Source of the DNA: a virus
Length of the DNA stretch: 64,000 bases
IMG/VR virus record: IMGVR_UViG_3300007511_001396
Location: 1-64,000 of that record
Strand: one strand, 5' to 3'
This document shows positions 25,731 to 36,266 of this stretch, piece after piece. How positions within the stretch are numbered: position 1 is the stretch's first letter; each line of letters starts with the position of its first letter. The notes below the pieces were generated by a model that did no database searches, was not told the DNA's origin, and worked only from the letters and a program-made list of their open reading frames with translations. The position numbers were made by a program, and so were the translations under genes.

Positions 25731-26012
25731 ATGAACAAAGAAAAAATAGTTACCGAAGAACAAATACACACAAATCCTATGTTAGCGATGAGAGTTGAAA
25801 AAGACTCAGAACTTAAAGAGTATCTTGTGGAATATGTCGGTACAAAACTAAATAACGAAAACGTAACCGTCAATATGATAGCAGAAGTGTTGGCATCAGA
25901 CTTTCCTGAATTTATGTTTTCATTCGCTGAAGAAAATTTCCTTCGCGGCTACCAATTAGGACTAGATGATGCTGAAATACTTAATAGAGACTCACAAGCA
26001 ACAAATGAATGA
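25731..26012 (+). CDS. Hypothetical protein
   Basis: GGAG RBS; FAEENFLRGYQLGLDD. Confidence 0.7.
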   Translation: MNKEKIVTEEQIHTNPMLAMRVEKDSELKEYLVEYVGTKLNNENVTVNMIAEVLASDFPEFMFSFAEENFLRGYQLGLDDAEILNRDSQATNE

Positions 26013-26658
26013 AATAACAGATTTCTATACACCAACTGGGATACACGTTTACTTTAAAGATAAAATGGTAAATGATGAAATTGATTTAGAAAAGGTAATA
26101 TCCAAAGTAGAGTCAATCGTTCCCATACATTGTTTAACAGAAGTTGAAATGATAATTGTTGGGTGGTTTGATGAATTTGAAGAGCGAAACCTAAGTGCAT
26201 TTTATAAAGATTCAGCTTTGTATGTCTCCAATATTCAACAGAGTAACGAAGAACTTTATGAGGTCATAATTCATGAGATAGCCCACTCGCTAGAGGGAGA
26301 TTATGGTTATGAGTTATATGGTGATGAGAAAATGAAAGATGAGTTCTTGAGGAAGAGAGAATATCTTCATGACATTCTCTGGAAGGCAGACTTTAAGGCC
26401 CCACTTTCGTTATTTATGGAAATAGAATATAATGAAGAATTTGATATGTTTTTGTTTGAAGATATTGGGTATGACAAATTAATAACCATTTTGTCAGGTG
26501 TCTTTATTAATGCATATGCTCCGACATCACTCAGAGAATATTTTGCTACAGGATTTGCTGATTATTTTATTGAACCAAATCACAAATTTCTTCAAAATGT
26601 GTCACCTTTGTTATATCAGAAAATAGAAAAAGTATTAAAAGAGCCAGATTTTACTTGA
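25966..26658 (+). CDS. HExxH metallopeptidase-like protein
   Basis: IIHEIAHSL and SLREYFA. Confidence 0.7.
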   Translation: MMLKYLIETHKQQMNEITDFYTPTGIHVYFKDKMVNDEIDLEKVISKVESIVPIHCLTEVEMIIVGWFDEFEERNLSAFYKDSALYVSNIQQSNEELYEVIIHEIAHSLEGDYGYELYGDEKMKDEFLRKREYLHDILWKADFKAPLSLFMEIEYNEEFDMFLFEDIGYDKLITILSGVFINAYAPTSLREYFATGFADYFIEPNHKFLQNVSPLLYQKIEKVLKEPDFT

Positions 26659-26683
26659 CAACTCAGGATAAGTAAGATATAAT
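26655..26683 (+). promoter_or_regulatory. Perfect sigma70 promoter TTGACA-N17-TATAAT
   Basis: Exact consensus upstream of 26713. Confidence 0.85.
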
Positions 26684-26712
26684 ACAAAGCAAACCATAAC
26701 AGAGGGGTTACT

Positions 26713-27486
26713 TTGCCTTACATTTCTTATTCGGCGCTTAAAGACTGGGCACAATGTGCTTTTTATCATAAATTAACACGAGTGGATGGCATTGAGCCGT
26801 TCGAAGGGAACGAATATACAGCGTTTGGTAGTGCTATACATTCTTTGTGTGAGAGAAAATTACTCAAAGAAGAAGTCAATGATGATGAATATTTCATAAA
26901 AGAGTTTGAAAATAATTTAGCCAAGCTACCAAATAGTCTTGAGCTAAAAACTGACCTAATCGAGAAAATGAAAGTTCAAGGAACAGAAATTGCCCCAGAG
27001 ATAGAGGGAGCACTTGATGAATATTTTGATGAATATGAAGTATTGGCAGTAGAAATGGCATTAGATGAACCAATTGATGGAGAGAGCGAATACACCTTTA
27101 AAGGTTTTATTGATGCGATAGTTGCCACACCAGACGGTAAAGTACATATCTTTGATTGGAAGTCTTGTTCTTGGGGCTGGGATCCGAAGAAAAAGGGAGA
27201 TAAAATAACAACTTATCAATTAACCCTTTATAAAAAGTTCTTCGCTCAGAAGATGAACATAGAGCCAAAAGATGTGGAAACACATTTTGCCTTACTCAAA
27301 AGAACAGCAAACAAAAATAGAGTTGAATTCTTTCGAGTGACAAGCGGGCAAAGAAAAACAGACAACGCTTTAAAACTTTTAAATACTGCTCTATACAATA
27401 TCAAGAATAAGCGGTATATTAAGAATCGACTATCCTGTACATCAGGCTATGGTTGCAAGTTCTACGGAACCAAACATTGTAAATGA
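26713..27486 (+). CDS. Cas4/RecB-like PD-(D/E)XK exonuclease
   Basis: SYS..C, GSAIH, GFID, DWKS, QLTLY, three C-terminal Cys. Confidence 0.85.
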   Translation: MPYISYSALKDWAQCAFYHKLTRVDGIEPFEGNEYTAFGSAIHSLCERKLLKEEVNDDEYFIKEFENNLAKLPNSLELKTDLIEKMKVQGTEIAPEIEGALDEYFDEYEVLAVEMALDEPIDGESEYTFKGFIDAIVATPDGKVHIFDWKSCSWGWDPKKKGDKITTYQLTLYKKFFAQKMNIEPKDVETHFALLKRTANKNRVEFFRVTSGQRKTDNALKLLNTALYNIKNKRYIKNRLSCTSGYGCKFYGTKHCK

Positions 27487-27503
27487 AGGAACAATATTGA
27501 ATA

Positions 27504-28790
27504 ATGAAAAAAACTAAAATCTTAACGATCTCAGATCACCCATTATCTCCTAGCGGAGTTGGAACACAGACTAAATACTTTATAGAAGCACTTCTCAAAA
27601 CAGGTAGATATGAATTTATCTCTTTGGGCGGTGCTATCAAGCATCAAAGTTATGAACCACAAAAAGTAGAGCCATATGGAGATGCTTGGCGAATTTTCCC
27701 AATAGATGGATATGGGAACCATGAAGTGATACGCTCTATAATACAAAAAGAGAAACCAGATGTATTATGGTTTATGACCGATCCACGATTCTTTACGTGG
27801 CTTTGGGAAATAGAAAATGAAGTTAGGGCCAATATCCCAATGGTATATTATCATGTTTGGGATAATAAGCCCCACCCACATTTTAATGGAATATTTTATA
27901 GATCAACAGATGTAGTGGCGTGTATTTCTAAAGTAACACACGATATATTACAAAATGTATCACCTGATGTTGAAAGTTGTTATCTGCCTCACGCAGTACA
28001 CTCCAACGTTTTCAAGCCATTAACCACAGAAGAAGATGTTTTAAAAATAGACATTCTTCGTGAAAGATTAACTGTTGAGAGCACAAAGAATCATAAGAAT
28101 AAAAATAAAAAAGTGTTTTTATGGAACAACAGAAATGCTAGGCGAAAGCAAAGCGGAACTCTGATCTGGTGGTTTAAAGAATGGCTCGATAAAGTCGGTC
28201 ACGATAAAGCATGTCTGTTAATGCACACAGATGCACGAGATCCACATGGCCAAGATTTACCACATCTTATTGAACAAGTAGGGGTCAATGATGGACAAGT
28301 GTTGTTGTCCACTGAAAGAGTAGGCGCAGAGAGACTGTCTTTACTTTATAATATGGCCGACTTTACTATTAATATATCAGATGCAGAAGGATTTGGTCTG
28401 GCTACTCTAGAGTCACTGTCTTGTGGAACCCCAATTATTGTAAATATGACAGGCGGCCTTCAAGAACAGGTTACCGACGGCCAGAATTGGTTTGGATGGG
28501 GGATACAACCCAGTTCTAAGGCTGTAATAGGTTCACTACAGGTGCCATATATTTATGAGGACCGTATTTCTCAAGAAGACTTTGAAAAGTCTTTAAACAA
28601 AGCATTAAAACTCCCGAAGACAAAATATAAGAAGATGTCCGAGGCTGGAATAAACCACGTTAAAACAAAATATAATTTTGAAACATTCGAAAAAAGCTGG
28701 GTTGACTTGATGGATAATATAGTTGAAACTCGTGGCTCTTGGGAAACTAGGAAGAATTATAAGCGTTGGCATTTATTGGAGGTAGCGTAA
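27504..28790 (+). CDS. GT4-family glycosyltransferase
   Basis: NRNARRK, EGFGLATLESLSCGTP. Confidence 0.9.
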   Translation: MKKTKILTISDHPLSPSGVGTQTKYFIEALLKTGRYEFISLGGAIKHQSYEPQKVEPYGDAWRIFPIDGYGNHEVIRSIIQKEKPDVLWFMTDPRFFTWLWEIENEVRANIPMVYYHVWDNKPHPHFNGIFYRSTDVVACISKVTHDILQNVSPDVESCYLPHAVHSNVFKPLTTEEDVLKIDILRERLTVESTKNHKNKNKKVFLWNNRNARRKQSGTLIWWFKEWLDKVGHDKACLLMHTDARDPHGQDLPHLIEQVGVNDGQVLLSTERVGAERLSLLYNMADFTINISDAEGFGLATLESLSCGTPIIVNMTGGLQEQVTDGQNWFGWGIQPSSKAVIGSLQVPYIYEDRISQEDFEKSLNKALKLPKTKYKKMSEAGINHVKTKYNFETFEKSWVDLMDNIVETRGSWETRKNYKRWHLLEVA

Positions 28791-30055
28791 TGAAAAAGAA
28801 AATTTTACTTAAGGCACCACTTTTGACTAGATCTGGATATGGAGAACAGAGCCGATTTGCGTTGCGTGCATTGCGCTCACGAGAAGATTTATTTGATATC
28901 TATGTTCAACCTCTTCAATGGGGAAAGACATCTTGGGTTTCATTGGTAGATGACGAAAGGAAATGGATTGATCAGACAATAGAAAAAACTATTGCTTATC
29001 TACAATCAGGTGGCCATTTTGATATGTCCCTACAGGTTTCAATACCAAATGAGTGGGAAAAAATAGCCCCCGTCAATGTAGGATATACTGCCGGAATAGA
29101 GACAACGAAAGTAGCTCACCAATGGATCCAAAAAGGCAATGAAATGGATAGAATTATTGTTGTTTCAGATCACTCCAAGAACACTTTCCAAGAGACAGAA
29201 TACACAGCTATCAATAAAAATGATCAATCTCAGCAGTTTAAAATTAAAATTGATACCCAAATAGATTCAGTAAATTATCCAGCTAAAACTTTTGACACCT
29301 TACCAGATCTAGAGCTAGAGTTATCCACAGATATTAATTTTTTGACTGTCGCACAATTCGGCCCTCGAAAAAATCTCCCAAATACTATTCGATGGTTTGT
29401 TGAAGAATTCAGGGACGAAGACGTAGGGCTCGTTGTAAAGACAAGTTTTGCGAAGAATTGCTTAATGGATCGTGAAAAGGTATTCAGTGAGCTAAAGAAA
29501 TTTCTTTCCACTTTAGGCGACCACAAATGCAAAGTATATTTGTTACACGGAGATATGGAGGATGATGAGATGCATTCACTTTATACTCATACTCAAATAT
29601 CGGCTCTAGTAGCTTTAACTCACGGCGAAGGCTTTGGGCTACCAATCTTTGAAGCGGCATATAGTGGCTTGCCGGTCATAGCCACAGGATGGTCAGGCCA
29701 GTTGGATTTCCTAGTAGATGAAAACAAAGCCGAGCACTTTTATAATGTTGCATTTGATATTAATCCAGTGCCCCCAGAGGTTGTCTGGGATGGTGTCTTA
29801 GTTAAAGAATCAGGCTGGTCATACCCTCGTGAAGAATCTGCAAAAGCTAAGATGAGAAATTGTTATGAGGATATTTTAAGTAACGAAAAAGACACTTTTG
29901 TCGCTAATGCTGAATCATATGCCGAATCAGTGCAAGCCAGATTTGCCGAAAGTAAACAAAACTCGTTATTCGTAGAAAGCCTTTTAGATTATGTCAGTAC
30001 CGAAGAAGAGAGGCAGTGGCAAGGTATCATTGACCAAGTGGTAGAATATGACTAA
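28790..30055 (+). CDS. GT4-family glycosyltransferase
   Basis: SGYG, RKN, GEGFGLPIFEAAYSGLPVI. Confidence 0.9.
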   Translation: MKKKILLKAPLLTRSGYGEQSRFALRALRSREDLFDIYVQPLQWGKTSWVSLVDDERKWIDQTIEKTIAYLQSGGHFDMSLQVSIPNEWEKIAPVNVGYTAGIETTKVAHQWIQKGNEMDRIIVVSDHSKNTFQETEYTAINKNDQSQQFKIKIDTQIDSVNYPAKTFDTLPDLELELSTDINFLTVAQFGPRKNLPNTIRWFVEEFRDEDVGLVVKTSFAKNCLMDREKVFSELKKFLSTLGDHKCKVYLLHGDMEDDEMHSLYTHTQISALVALTHGEGFGLPIFEAAYSGLPVIATGWSGQLDFLVDENKAEHFYNVAFDINPVPPEVVWDGVLVKESGWSYPREESAKAKMRNCYEDILSNEKDTFVANAESYAESVQARFAESKQNSLFVESLLDYVSTEEERQWQGIIDQVVEYD

Positions 30056-31703
30056 AGAGGTTATTTTTGTTTCTGACTTCTTCGCAGATGAAGTTCGTGG
30101 AGGAGCAGAACTATGTAATGATGCCTTAATCAAAATACTGGGCAGAGATTATAAAATAACAACAGTGAAGTCTCAGAATATCACTCCGAGAGACCTTGAA
30201 GATTCAGATAAAAAGATATTTGTAATAGCTAACTTTTTCTTATTACAAGAAGCAGTTAAATATGCTCTTGAAGATAAGACATATATTATTTTAGAACATG
30301 ATCATAAATATGTTGCTTCCAATAATCCATCTTTGTATCCTGATTTTTTGGCCCCCGAAGAGCAGATAATAAATAAAAGATTTTATACCAATGCGTTGGC
30401 CGTTTTGTGTCAAAGTAAAAAGCATTCAGAAATATTACAAAAGAATCTTTTAATAAACAATATTGTAAACCTTGGCGGCAACCTGTGGACAGAGGAGCAA
30501 TTATCTGTTCTTGAGCAGAACATCGACACGCCTCAAAAAACAGACTTTGCTGTTATAAGAACGAATAACAAAAACAAAGGAATGCCAGCAGCAATTGATT
30601 TTTGCAACAAACAAGGGATTGACTTTCAATTTATCGAAAGTCAACCATTTGAGAGCTTTATATCTACTTTGGCAAGCGTCAAGCATCTTGTGTTTTTTCC
30701 TCAATGGTTTGAGACATACAATCGGTTGTCAATAGAAGCTAGAGTAGTTGGGTGTAAATTGGTGACCAATTCTTTAATAGGGGCCGCCAGCGAAGAGCAT
30801 TTTAAATTAAAGGGCAGAGAGTTGTTGGATTTTCTACGCGAAAACAACACCACTTTAATTAAAAAATGGAAGGTTATCCTCAGTGAACAAGAAATAGCTT
30901 TTATACCCCCAGTAGAACTACCAAAGGTAACTATTTTTTGCCCCCTATATGCTGGCGAAAAATACATTAAAGGCTTCTTGGAAGATATTGAAAATCAAAC
31001 TATTTTTGAAGATTGTGAATTGATTATAATCAATGCAAACTCGCCAGAGAATGAAGAAGAAATTATTTTAGATTTTATGAAATCAAACAACAACGTAGTA
31101 TACAGGAAATTAGATTATCGAGCCACTGTTATGGAAACAGAAAATATGGCCATTGAAATGGCAACCGGTGACTTTTTTGCTCAAGCTTGCGTTGATGATA
31201 GACATTCAGCAACATATTTAGAAACAATGGCGAAACACCTTCATTATTCTAAGGGCGTAGACTTGGTATATGCTGATTGTTTCCAGACCACTGCCCCCAA
31301 CGAAACATTTGAAAAAAACAGCTCTAATGGGACACTATATGAGCACTCTAAAAATGCTTTTAGTAGAGAGAATATGATTAAATGTTTGCCTGGCCCAATG
31401 CCTATGTGGAAGAAGTCCATACACAAGACAGCAGGCCTCTTTAATGACTCTCTGTCCTATGCTGGAGACTGGGAAATGTTTTTAAGGATGGTTGAGGTAG
31501 GTTCTGTTTTTAAAAAGATTAAGAGGCCTCTGGGGCTGTATTTCTATAATGATGATGGTCTCTCAACATCAAAAGAACACTCGAAACCAAGACAGAAAGA
31601 AGAGGCGGAAGTATTCTTTAATTTTAAGGATATTTTTGGTCAGAAGAACTTTGAAGCTTATAAAAGCTATTTTCAACATTTAAGAGGAGAAGAAAATGAG
31701 TAA
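30048..31703 (+). CDS. Two-domain glycosyltransferase (GT-B-like N-term + GT2 C-term)
   Basis: GGAE, ETYNRLSIEAR; PKVTIFCPLY, VDD, AGDWEMFLR. Confidence 0.85.
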   Translation: MTKEVIFVSDFFADEVRGGAELCNDALIKILGRDYKITTVKSQNITPRDLEDSDKKIFVIANFFLLQEAVKYALEDKTYIILEHDHKYVASNNPSLYPDFLAPEEQIINKRFYTNALAVLCQSKKHSEILQKNLLINNIVNLGGNLWTEEQLSVLEQNIDTPQKTDFAVIRTNNKNKGMPAAIDFCNKQGIDFQFIESQPFESFISTLASVKHLVFFPQWFETYNRLSIEARVVGCKLVTNSLIGAASEEHFKLKGRELLDFLRENNTTLIKKWKVILSEQEIAFIPPVELPKVTIFCPLYAGEKYIKGFLEDIENQTIFEDCELIIINANSPENEEEIILDFMKSNNNVVYRKLDYRATVMETENMAIEMATGDFFAQACVDDRHSATYLETMAKHLHYSKGVDLVYADCFQTTAPNETFEKNSSNGTLYEHSKNAFSRENMIKCLPGPMPMWKKSIHKTAGLFNDSLSYAGDWEMFLRMVEVGSVFKKIKRPLGLYFYNDDGLSTSKEHSKPRQKEEAEVFFNFKDIFGQKNFEAYKSYFQHLRGEENE

Positions 31704-32121
31704 CCAAAGACGATATATGCCAACATTGGCAGAACTAATAGACAGACTAACAATTGTTCAATTAAAAGAAGTTTTAATAGCTGACCATAAGCCGGAATAT
31801 GCCCAAGAGATTTCTGATATTATGCATGATATAGATTTAATTCTAAAAGAGGGTAATATTGTTCTAGATGCAAAAGCTTTAAGAGCTTTGGTCGTAGTTT
31901 CACAATATAACTTACATATCTGGCACAATGAGTCGAACTATAGAAAGGGTATCGATGAAGGAAACAATTTAGAACTAACACATGGATTAAACGGCATTAG
32001 AAATAGGGCTAAAAACAGAATCCAAAACATGGTTAATGGTCGCAAGGATTACAAAACAGACTGCCTAGCAGCTGATATGCACTCTTGGGAACCATCTTGG
32101 AACAATGACCAAGAAGGCTGA
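31696..32121 (+). CDS. Helical protein resembling DUF6165-like glyco-cluster proteins
   Basis: LAELIDRLTIVQLK, NLHIWHNE, NGIRNRAK. Confidence 0.55.
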   Translation: MSNQRRYMPTLAELIDRLTIVQLKEVLIADHKPEYAQEISDIMHDIDLILKEGNIVLDAKALRALVVVSQYNLHIWHNESNYRKGIDEGNNLELTHGLNGIRNRAKNRIQNMVNGRKDYKTDCLAADMHSWEPSWNNDQEG

Positions 32122-33202
32122 CTTTGAAATAGTGATAGTCGGCGCTGGAGTCGTTGGCTTGGCTATTGCTGAAGAATTGTCCAAGACTTATGACAACATT
32201 CTAGTAGTCGACAAAGAAAGATCATTTGGCAACCACACATCTAGCAGAAATAGTGAGATTATTCATTCTGGGCTCTATTATCCTAAATCTACTCTAAAGA
32301 CAAAATTGTGTATTGAGGGCAACAGATTATTGTATGAGTTTGCCAAAGATAACAAATTACCACACAGAAGATGCGGAAAGTTAATTGTAGCCTCCGAAGA
32401 TAAAGAGATACCAGTATTAAAAAAGTTATTACTTCAGGGTTTAGAGAATGGAGTAAGTGATTTGGAAATGGTGTCTAGTGATTATATAAAGGACGTAGAG
32501 CCACAAATAAAAGCGATACAAGCCTTGAAAGTGCCATCAACTGGTATCATCGATAGCCACCAATTAATGGCAAGACTTGAATCTAACGCCGAAAATAGAG
32601 GAGTCTGTTTTTCGTATAACACAGAGATTTCGAATATTAATAAAAAAAATGATCTTTTTTGGTTGACAAGTGGCAACGATGATGTTATGATATCTTCAAG
32701 GGTATTAATAAACTCTGCTGGGTTGTGGTCAGATGAAGTGGCCGCAATGGCAGGAATAAAAGATTATAAGATATTTTGGTGTAAAGGGGAATATTACAAG
32801 ACCACAAAATATCGCAATATGAATCACTTAATATACCCAGTACCAGATCCAGATGGCAAATATCTTGGAATACACACAGTGTTAGATTTGGATGGAAATG
32901 TTTCTTTTGGCCCAAACGCCACATATGTTGATAATTTAGACTATTATCAAACAGAAGATAATATAAGACACTTCAAAAATTCTATTGATAGATATTTAGA
33001 CATTACTGAAAATGACTTAACGCCATCTATGGTTGGCATTAGACCAAAGATTCAAAGCCCATCAGAAACATTTAAAGACTTTATCATTAAAAATGAAGCC
33101 GACAACGGCTACAACAACCTAATCAATTTAATTGGAATTGAATCACCAGGCTTAACAAGCTGTCTAGCGATAGCAAAACTAACAAAAGGACTAATACAAT
33201 AA
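32105..33202 (+). CDS. FAD-dependent oxidoreductase, L-2-hydroxyglutarate oxidase-like
   Basis: GAGVVG, TSSRNSEIIHSG, KGEY, GIRPK, GIESPGLTS. Confidence 0.9.
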   Translation: MTKKADFEIVIVGAGVVGLAIAEELSKTYDNILVVDKERSFGNHTSSRNSEIIHSGLYYPKSTLKTKLCIEGNRLLYEFAKDNKLPHRRCGKLIVASEDKEIPVLKKLLLQGLENGVSDLEMVSSDYIKDVEPQIKAIQALKVPSTGIIDSHQLMARLESNAENRGVCFSYNTEISNINKKNDLFWLTSGNDDVMISSRVLINSAGLWSDEVAAMAGIKDYKIFWCKGEYYKTTKYRNMNHLIYPVPDPDGKYLGIHTVLDLDGNVSFGPNATYVDNLDYYQTEDNIRHFKNSIDRYLDITENDLTPSMVGIRPKIQSPSETFKDFIIKNEADNGYNNLINLIGIESPGLTSCLAIAKLTKGLIQ

Positions 33203-34131
33203 TGAATATTTTAATCACTGGCGCAGCAGGATACATCGGGAGCGAGTTGATAGATTACTTGCTCAAAGACAATCACACAGTAATTGCATATGACAACTTA
33301 ATGTATGATCCAACATCTCTCTTGAGATACACAAACAATCCTAATTTCTCATTCGTCAAAGGAGATGTAAGAAACTTAACGCTCTTGGGAGAACATATGA
33401 AAGATGCAGATGTGATCATTCCTTTGGCAGCTCTTGTTGGGTTCCCATTATGTGATCAAGACCCACGCGCTGCCCAAGAAATTAACCATGATGTTAACAC
33501 TTGGATAGCCAACAATAAAAGGCCAGAACAGAGGGTCATTTACCCTTGTACAAACTCTGGTTATGGAACAAGTGAAGATGGCTCTGTTTGTACTGAAGAA
33601 TCCCCGCTGAATCCGGTATCACTATATGGACGAACAAAAGTCGCCGCAGAAGAAGAATATAGAAAGGTTGATAACTTTGTAACATTCAGGTTTGCAACTG
33701 TTTTTGGCCCAGGGTCACGTATGAGGACAGATTTATTAGTAAACAATTTTGTTCTAGGAGCCCTAAGAGAGCGACTTTTAGTTTTATATGAATGCGAATT
33801 TATGAGAAACTATGTACATCTGCAAGATGTCTGCCGAGCATTTAAATATATTATTGATAATTGGGATACTTGCAAAAACGAAACATATAATATGGGTAAC
33901 GATAGTTTGAATATGAACAAATTGCAATTAGCTGAGAAAATTCAAGAACATATTCCTTTAGAGATTATTAAAGCAGAATTTAACTCAGACCCGGATATTA
34001 GGGATTACGAAGTCAGTAGTCAAAAGTTTTATGACAAGGGATTTGAATGCGCTTATGATCTAGATGACGGCATTCGCCAATTAGTGACAGCTTATAGTAT
34101 CATTGAATCACCGTGGTATGCAAACTATTAA
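33202..34131 (+). CDS. NAD-dependent sugar epimerase/dehydratase
   Basis: TGAAGYIG, YGRTK. Confidence 0.9.
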   Translation: MNILITGAAGYIGSELIDYLLKDNHTVIAYDNLMYDPTSLLRYTNNPNFSFVKGDVRNLTLLGEHMKDADVIIPLAALVGFPLCDQDPRAAQEINHDVNTWIANNKRPEQRVIYPCTNSGYGTSEDGSVCTEESPLNPVSLYGRTKVAAEEEYRKVDNFVTFRFATVFGPGSRMRTDLLVNNFVLGALRERLLVLYECEFMRNYVHLQDVCRAFKYIIDNWDTCKNETYNMGNDSLNMNKLQLAEKIQEHIPLEIIKAEFNSDPDIRDYEVSSQKFYDKGFECAYDLDDGIRQLVTAYSIIESPWYANY

Positions 34132-34141
34132 GGGAGACAAC

Positions 34142-35653
34142 ATGGAGCACGAAATAGATGTTTTATTTGTTCACCCAAATGGTTCTCCGATAATATACCA
34201 AGAACTTAGTAAAACATATTCTGCAATAGAACCACCTATTTGGGCAGGACTTTTGGCCAATAATGCCAGAAAGAATAATTTTAAAACTAAAATTTTAGAT
34301 TGTGAGGCAGAACGCTTTGGAGCAGAAGAGTCAGCAAACGCTATTAAAGCGATAAATCCAAGGCTAGTCGCCTTAGTGATTTATGGACAACAGCCATCCG
34401 CATCCACACAAAATATGATTGGTGCCCGTGTTCTACTAGAAGAGTTAAAAAACAAAGACTTCATAGGAAAGACAATATTAATAGGATTGCATCCATCTGC
34501 AACATCCCGCAACACTATGGAAACTGAGATAACTGACTTTGTTTGTCAAGGCGAAGGGCCACACACAATAAAGGCTCTTTTAGAGATAGATATGAACAAT
34601 ACTGAGCATTTATCAACAGTTCCGAGTCTCTGGTATCGCGATGATCAAGACACAAAATGTACGACTCCTGCTCCTATAATACCACAAGAAGAACTTGCAA
34701 CAGAACTTCCGGGTATGGCTTGGGATTTGTTACCGATGGACAAATATCGAACATCAAATTGGCACGCCATGACCAATGAAGATGACCGAAGCCCATTTGC
34801 ATCTCTGTATACTAGTCTAGGTTGCCCTTTCAAGTGTAGCTTTTGTTGTATAAATGCCCCCTTTGGAAATAACAATTTAGAGAATTGGGACTCAGCCCGT
34901 AATAAATTTCGCTATTGGGATCCTGAATTTATGATCACGGAGTTTGAAAAATTGCATGAAATGGGAATCAAGAATGTAAAGATAGCAGATGAGATGTTTG
35001 TATTATATCCGGATCACTTTATGAGACTGTGTGAGATGATTATCGATAGAGGGTATAAATTTAATATTTGGGCATATGCTAGAATAGATACGGTAAAAGA
35101 AAAATATTTAAGTACTCTCAAGAGAGCAGGAGTAACTTGGTTGGCACTAGGAATAGAATCTGGAAACACTATGGTAAGAAAAGATGTCACTAAAGGTAAA
35201 TTTACTGATGTTAAAATTAAAGATTTGGTTGAAAATATCCAAAATGCGGGCATCAAAGTAATAGGCAACTATATTTTTGGATTACCAGAGGACACAATGG
35301 AGACTATGAGAGATACTTTGGATTTAGCTAAAGAACTAAATTGTGAGTTTGCTAATTTTTATTCTGCAATGGCTTATCCTGGTTCTAAATTATATTTAGA
35401 TGCCTTACGAGAAGGCTGGGAACTGCCAGATTCATATGTTGGCTTCTCTCAACACTCTTATGAAACGAAGCCTCTACCAACTAAACATATCTCGGCAGCC
35501 CAAGTTTTAGGATTCAGAGATAAAGCTTTTGATGAGTACTACAAAAACGAGGATTATCTTGTTATGATAGAGGAGAAGTTTGGACACTCTACTAGGCAAG
35601 GCATAGAAGAGATGGTAAAGATTAAACTTAAACGAAAGATTTTAGGAGATTGA
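34142..35653 (+). CDS. Cobalamin-binding radical SAM enzyme
   Basis: B12-binding N-domain (GLHPS, QGEG); CPFKCSFC; GIESG. Confidence 0.9.
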   Translation: MEHEIDVLFVHPNGSPIIYQELSKTYSAIEPPIWAGLLANNARKNNFKTKILDCEAERFGAEESANAIKAINPRLVALVIYGQQPSASTQNMIGARVLLEELKNKDFIGKTILIGLHPSATSRNTMETEITDFVCQGEGPHTIKALLEIDMNNTEHLSTVPSLWYRDDQDTKCTTPAPIIPQEELATELPGMAWDLLPMDKYRTSNWHAMTNEDDRSPFASLYTSLGCPFKCSFCCINAPFGNNNLENWDSARNKFRYWDPEFMITEFEKLHEMGIKNVKIADEMFVLYPDHFMRLCEMIIDRGYKFNIWAYARIDTVKEKYLSTLKRAGVTWLALGIESGNTMVRKDVTKGKFTDVKIKDLVENIQNAGIKVIGNYIFGLPEDTMETMRDTLDLAKELNCEFANFYSAMAYPGSKLYLDALREGWELPDSYVGFSQHSYETKPLPTKHISAAQVLGFRDKAFDEYYKNEDYLVMIEEKFGHSTRQGIEEMVKIKLKRKILGD

Positions 35654-35654
35654 G

Positions 35655-36266
35655 ATGTTTACGAAAGAAGATTTAATAGAATATGAAAATGAGATTGCTG
35701 CTCGTTTTGACGATGCCCAAATAAGGGCACCAGTACATTTGTACAATGGAAACGAAGAACAAATTATAAAAGTGTTCAAAGAACAAGACATTGGTCAAGA
35801 TGACTGGGTTCTCTGTTCCTGGAGAAGCCATTATCAATGCTTATTGAAAGGAGTACCACCAGACGCTCTAACAAAAGCTATCTTGCAAGGCCGCTCCATT
35901 TCTCTTTGTTTTGCAGAGCAAAGAATCTTGTGTTCTGGCATTGTAACTGGCACGATACCAATTGCTGTTGGCATTGCATTAGATATTAAGCGAAAAGGTG
36001 GAACAAATAAAGTGTATTGTTTTATGGGTGATATGACATCTGAAACCGGTGTGGCCCACGAAAACATTAAATATGCAAGAAACCACGAGCTACCAATTCA
36101 CTTCATCATAGAAGATAACGGTAAATCAGTGTGTACTGACACGAGAGCAACATGGTCTCAAGATACTATGACCTTTGAGGGAATAAATGATGATTATGTT
36201 ACGTACTATAAATATAATTTAGATAAATACCCGCATGCAGGCGCGGGAAAGAGGGTTCAATTCTAA
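35655..36266 (+). CDS. Shortened TPP-dependent dehydrogenase E1 alpha-like subunit
   Basis: HLYNGNE, WRSH, GDM...IEDN TPP motif; 203 aa. Confidence 0.8.
   Translation: MFTKEDLIEYENEIAARFDDAQIRAPVHLYNGNEEQIIKVFKEQDIGQDDWVLCSWRSHYQCLLKGVPPDALTKAILQGRSISLCFAEQRILCSGIVTGTIPIAVGIALDIKRKGGTNKVYCFMGDMTSETGVAHENIKYARNHELPIHFIIEDNGKSVCTDTRATWSQDTMTFEGINDDYVTYYKYNLDKYPHAGAGKRVQF

Noticed and set aside
26713-27486. CRISPR-Cas system
   Set aside because: No other cas genes or array in the window
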